From an uncultured virus (IMG/VR IMGVR_UViG_3300042321_002025) (lineage: Duplodnaviria; Heunggongvirae; Uroviricota; Caudoviricetes): a DNA stretch of 20,000 nt. A program made the translations under genes and the position numbers. The DNA is taken from the IMG/VR virus record IMGVR_UViG_3300042321_002025. One strand, given 5' to 3'. This document shows, one piece after another, positions 15,920 to 20,000 of this stretch (its first letter is position 1; each line of letters begins with the position of its first letter). A model generated the notes under the pieces. The model was not told the origin of the DNA and ran no database searches. It saw only the letters and a program-made list of their open reading frames with translations.

Positions 15920-15923
15920 AACA

Positions 15924-16316
15924 ATGGCAACCATAAAGAACTTATATTCCGACATAGATTTCACATTCACCCGTAAACCGGTGACCAATGATGTCGCTTT
16001 AAGTTATGACGAAATGGCTGTTATAAGGTCGGTTCGTAACCTTTTATTGACGAACCACTATGAAAGGCCGTTTCAACCAGAGTTAGGTTCCAATATTAAC
16101 AATTTATTGTTTGAACCTATTTCACCCATTACATCGTCATCGTTGCAGACCGAAATTGAAAACATGATTACGAACTATGAACCTCGTGCTCTGTTAAAAA
16201 GTGTCACCGTAAATGCACAACCAGACCAAAATGCGTATGAAGTGAGTTTAGAATTTTACATACAAAATGCAACGCTACCAACAACAGTTACCATCCTTTT
16301 AGAGAGAAATAGATAA
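15924..16316 (+). CDS. gp25: baseplate wedge subunit gp25
   Basis: YSDIDFTF, SVRNLLLTNHYERPFQPELGS...LLFE, NYEPR motifs. Confidence 0.95.
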   Translation: MATIKNLYSDIDFTFTRKPVTNDVALSYDEMAVIRSVRNLLLTNHYERPFQPELGSNINNLLFEPISPITSSSLQTEIENMITNYEPRALLKSVTVNAQPDQNAYEVSLEFYIQNATLPTTVTILLERNR

Positions 16317-16317
16317 A

Positions 16318-18390
16318 ATGGCAGGCGAAAATTCAAATATTCAAATTACCGATTTGGATTTTAATACAATTAAAACCAATCTAAAACGGTACTTACAATC
16401 TCAAACCACACTTCAAGATTATAATTACGAAGGTTCTGCACTTTCTACTCTGTTGGATGTTCTTGCATACAATACACAATATCAGGCATACTATCTCAAC
16501 ATGGTGGCCAACGAGATGTTCTTGGATTCAGCATTGCAAAGAAGTTCTGTTGTTTCTCATGCCAAACTATTAAACTATACACCACAATCGGCAGCCGCAC
16601 CACGAGCTCAGATTGATTTGGTGATGAACAATGTAACTACCAGTTCTTTAACTTTACCAAAATTTACCAGTTTTCTTTCTGAGGCGATTGATGGCGTCAG
16701 TTATAGGTTTGTTACACTTAACTCAACGACACAAAACACCGATTTGGCCAACAACACAGTAACTTTTAATGATTTAGTTATCAAACAAGGTGAACCAGTT
16801 ACTCTTTCATTTACCTATGATTCTGCGGCCAATCCAACAGCAATCTTTGAATTACCTGACACCAATGTAGATACGACTACTATCTCTGTTGTTGTTCAAC
16901 AAAGCACATCCAATACTTCTTCACAAGTATTCACATTAGTTGATGACTATTTGGCACTCAACGGCACAACCAAGGCTTTCTTTTTACAAGAAGCAACAAA
17001 TGGTTTCTATCAAATTTATTTTGGTGATGGCATATTAGGTGAAGCGTTAACAGATGGTAATGTGGTGTCTGTATCATACATCATCACTTCAGGTACAGCT
17101 GCAACCGATGCCAATAACTTTGTGTTGATGGATACAATCTCTGGTTTTTCAAGTTCAACAATTACACCAGTGCAAGCAGCAACTCAAGGTGCAGAAAGAG
17201 AAAGTATTGAATCAATTAAATATACTGCACCAAAATCGTATGCTGCTCAAGGTCGTGCAGTAACCAAAGAAGATTACATTTTCTTAATTCAAAACAATTC
17301 GGGTATATTTCCAATTGATGCGGTCAATGTGTGGGGTGGTGAAGAAAATGATCCACCAGTTTATGGTGTGGTGTTTGTGGCTATTAAACCAAGTGGTGGT
17401 TATCTATTAACACAATCACAAAAATCAGTCATTGAAGAACAAATCATTAAACCTATTTCTGTTCTGACAGTTCAACCAAGAATTATTGATGTTGATTATA
17501 ATTATTTGGTCATCAATTCAAATATACTATACGATACAAAGTTGACAACACTTACTTCTTCACAGTTACAGACACAAGTATTGACTGCTATTCAAGGATT
17601 TGCAACTGATACACTCAATACATTTAACTCTACATTCCAACTTTCAACATTAATTTCTACGGTACAATCGGTCAGTCCTTCTTTTATTACAAATGATGCT
17701 TCGATTGCTTTACAGAAACGACTTGTTCCGAGTTTAACTTCATCAACAACATACACATTGAAATATGGAACGTCACTAAAAAAAGATATTTTTGGTAAAA
17801 GTATTAGTGTCACACCAACATTTCAAGTAATTGATGTTGATAATAATAGTGTGGTACGAGATTCTGTATACTTAGAAGAAACTCCATCGTCAACCACATT
17901 TGTTGAATCAATTTCTATTAGTAATCCTGGTTTTGGTTACACATCAACACCAACTGTAACTATCCTTGGTGATGGTACAGGTGCCACAGCAAGAGCAACT
18001 GTTGTGAATGGTCAAGTAGATAGTATTACAATGATTGATGTTGGTGTTAATTATACACAGGCTATTGTGCAAATCACATCAACTGATGGTAATGGTTCTT
18101 TGGCATCTGCTGTGGCTGTTCTTGCTGGTAATAAAGGTACATTGAGAACTTATTATTTTGAAAACAATGTTAAGAAGATTCTCAATGCCAATGCCGGTAC
18201 AGTAGATTATGCTCAAGGTATTGTAACACTCATCGATTTCAATCCGTCTGCAATTAATAATCCTTTAGGTGTATTGGGTGTGCAAGCCGTGCCAACATCC
18301 ACGATTGTATCTTCTGCAAGAGATAAAATTATTACTCTCGATAACACCGACCTTAATGCTATCAATATTAGTATTGTAGCCAAAGTTTAA
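16318..18390 (+). CDS. gp6: baseplate wedge subunit gp6
   Basis: LDFNTIKTNL, DYNYEGSALSTLLDVLAYNT, NEMFLDSA..RSSVVSHAK, FGDGILG, QGRAVTKEDY, WGGEENDPPVYG, GTVDY..G. Confidence 0.96.
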   Translation: MAGENSNIQITDLDFNTIKTNLKRYLQSQTTLQDYNYEGSALSTLLDVLAYNTQYQAYYLNMVANEMFLDSALQRSSVVSHAKLLNYTPQSAAAPRAQIDLVMNNVTTSSLTLPKFTSFLSEAIDGVSYRFVTLNSTTQNTDLANNTVTFNDLVIKQGEPVTLSFTYDSAANPTAIFELPDTNVDTTTISVVVQQSTSNTSSQVFTLVDDYLALNGTTKAFFLQEATNGFYQIYFGDGILGEALTDGNVVSVSYIITSGTAATDANNFVLMDTISGFSSSTITPVQAATQGAERESIESIKYTAPKSYAAQGRAVTKEDYIFLIQNNSGIFPIDAVNVWGGEENDPPVYGVVFVAIKPSGGYLLTQSQKSVIEEQIIKPISVLTVQPRIIDVDYNYLVINSNILYDTKLTTLTSSQLQTQVLTAIQGFATDTLNTFNSTFQLSTLISTVQSVSPSFITNDASIALQKRLVPSLTSSTTYTLKYGTSLKKDIFGKSISVTPTFQVIDVDNNSVVRDSVYLEETPSSTTFVESISISNPGFGYTSTPTVTILGDGTGATARATVVNGQVDSITMIDVGVNYTQAIVQITSTDGNGSLASAVAVLAGNKGTLRTYYFENNVKKILNANAGTVDYAQGIVTLIDFNPSAINNPLGVLGVQAVPTSTIVSSARDKIITLDNTDLNAINISIVAKV

Positions 18391-18393
18391 TAC

Positions 18394-20000
18394 ATGATAC
18401 CGAACGATTATAAAACATCACTACTGATTCCTCAGCAGCTTCCCGAATTTGTTCGGGATAATATTAACTATTCCACTTTTGTTGATTTTATTCAGGCATA
18501 CTATGAATGGTTAGAAACTGCTTACTCAGCCAACGGATCCGTTACGACAGCCAATACAAGTGGTGAAGGTGTAACTTATGGTGCCAAGAATCTACTCAAT
18601 TATATGGATGTGGATTCTACATTAGATGGTTTTGTTTCATACTTTCTAAAAGATTTTCTACCTTATATACCAGAAGATGCTCTAACAGATAAAAGAAAAC
18701 TGTTAAAGATTGCAAAAGAGTTTTATCTTTCAAAAGGTACTGAGAAATCATATCAGTTTTTATTTCGTGCATTGTATGATTCACAGGCCGAGATTTTCAA
18801 TACATCAGATGTAATATTAAAAGCTTCTGATGGTAAATGGATTGTATCTAAATCATTACGAATCAATTCGGTTGATTTGAATTGGTTACAAATTAACAGC
18901 TTAAGGTTGTTTGGTGAAACCTCACAGTCATATGCAACAGTTGATTATTCTGCGGCAGTAGGAGATAAAACAGAAGTTTTCATCTCAAACATTCAACGTC
19001 TGTTTGAATCTGGTGAGTTTGTCCGTGTTGTGGATAATAATAATCTTGATGTATACTTCTATAATGGTGAAGTATACATTCAAAATCAAGGTGTAAGTAT
19101 ACCAACTGGCGCCACAATACTTAGAGGTAAAGTTGTAGGTGTTTTATCTTCTATAACAATTAATCCAAGAAATCGAGGATTGTTCTATGAACCTGGCGAT
19201 CCAGTTATTGTTGTTGGTGGATTAAGTCCTGATGTAACAAACCCGATTGGTGCAACAGCAGAAGTTGGTCGAACAACAACAGGATCTATTGAGAGTTTAG
19301 TTGTAACTGACCCTTCTCATGGTTATAGAGTATTTCCAAATTCAGCCATCACATTTTCTGGCGGCGGTGGTACCGGTGCCGCTGCTAGAATTAATTTATT
19401 AGATGATGCTAGATTAGCCAATGTTACACTTATTACAAGTAACACATTAGGCATTGTAGCTAATGTTGCAATTGGAAATTCAACCTTTGCTCAGACATAT
19501 ACATCATTTGCCGTCAGCGCAAACACAAATTCTACTTTGCGTGACACTTTAACTTTTAGAACTCTACAAGTTGGACCAATCGGTTCAATACAAGTTACCA
19601 ATCAAGGTGGAGGATATTCTTCTGCACCTGCTGTCGATGTAAGTTCTTTGTATACAACTGATGTAGGAACTGATTCACTTAGTTTCCTTGGCATACTTCA
19701 ACCAATTCAAGTATTAAATGGTGGCCAAGGATATGGTAATGCAAACACAGTATTAATTACTGGCGGCACGGGTGTTGGAGCATTTGCCAATGTAACTGTT
19801 AATACGGCTGGTTCAATTATCAATGCACGATATGTTTATGCCAACAACAATACAAATCAATCATTTCCTTTAGGTGGGTTAGGTTATACAAAAGATAGTT
19901 TACCCACAATCACAGTCACAAGTAACACAGGTTCTAATGCGTCACTTGTTGTCACAGGAATTATGGGTGCTGATGCAATTTTAACACCCACAACCGATAG
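18394..20000 (+). CDS. gp7: baseplate wedge initiator gp7-like, partial (runs off the window; absent from the ORF track)
   Basis: MIPNDYKTSLLIPQQLPEFVRD...FIQAYYEWLE...KEFYLSKGTEKSYQFLFRALY...LKASDGKW, then repeated beta-rich G-x-G-Y modules; follows gp6. Confidence 0.8.
   Translation, partial: MIPNDYKTSLLIPQQLPEFVRDNINYSTFVDFIQAYYEWLETAYSANGSVTTANTSGEGVTYGAKNLLNYMDVDSTLDGFVSYFLKDFLPYIPEDALTDKRKLLKIAKEFYLSKGTEKSYQFLFRALYDSQAEIFNTSDVILKASDGKWIVSKSLRINSVDLNWLQINSLRLFGETSQSYATVDYSAAVGDKTEVFISNIQRLFESGEFVRVVDNNNLDVYFYNGEVYIQNQGVSIPTGATILRGKVVGVLSSITINPRNRGLFYEPGDPVIVVGGLSPDVTNPIGATAEVGRTTTGSIESLVVTDPSHGYRVFPNSAITFSGGGGTGAAARINLLDDARLANVTLITSNTLGIVANVAIGNSTFAQTYTSFAVSANTNSTLRDTLTFRTLQVGPIGSIQVTNQGGGYSSAPAVDVSSLYTTDVGTDSLSFLGILQPIQVLNGGQGYGNANTVLITGGTGVGAFANVTVNTAGSIINARYVYANNNTNQSFPLGGLGYTKDSLPTITVTSNTGSNASLVVTGIMGADAILTPTTD

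Overview
AT-rich segment of a T4-like (Tevenvirinae/Kyanoviridae-style) myophage genome. Left (+): exonuclease C-terminus, three small ORFs, a SleB-type cell-wall hydrolase, then gp33, gp59, a HAD nucleotidase and gp32, driven by four near-consensus sigma70 promoters, three of which overlap coding sequence. Middle (-): gp4, gp2, a gp54/gp19-like tube protein, gp26, gp51 and two paralogous tape-measure-like proteins (one carrying a GH19 lysozyme), with an antisense NUMOD3 gene between gp4 and gp2. Right (+): baseplate cluster of gp48, gp53, a gp27-like hub, a gp5 split over three genes, an unknown ORF, gp25, gp6 and a partial gp7. Best signals: (i) the conserved gp51 frame has no ATG at its 5' end and is entered exactly by a -1 slip at U_UUU_UUC at the end of gp26, a lambda G/GT-like arrangement; (ii) tandem paralogous tape-measure-like genes with different cargo; (iii) a tripartite gp5 spike with a helical protein in place of the lysozyme; (iv) several candidate structured RNA leaders. 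All family calls come from motif recognition and gene order, not database searches.
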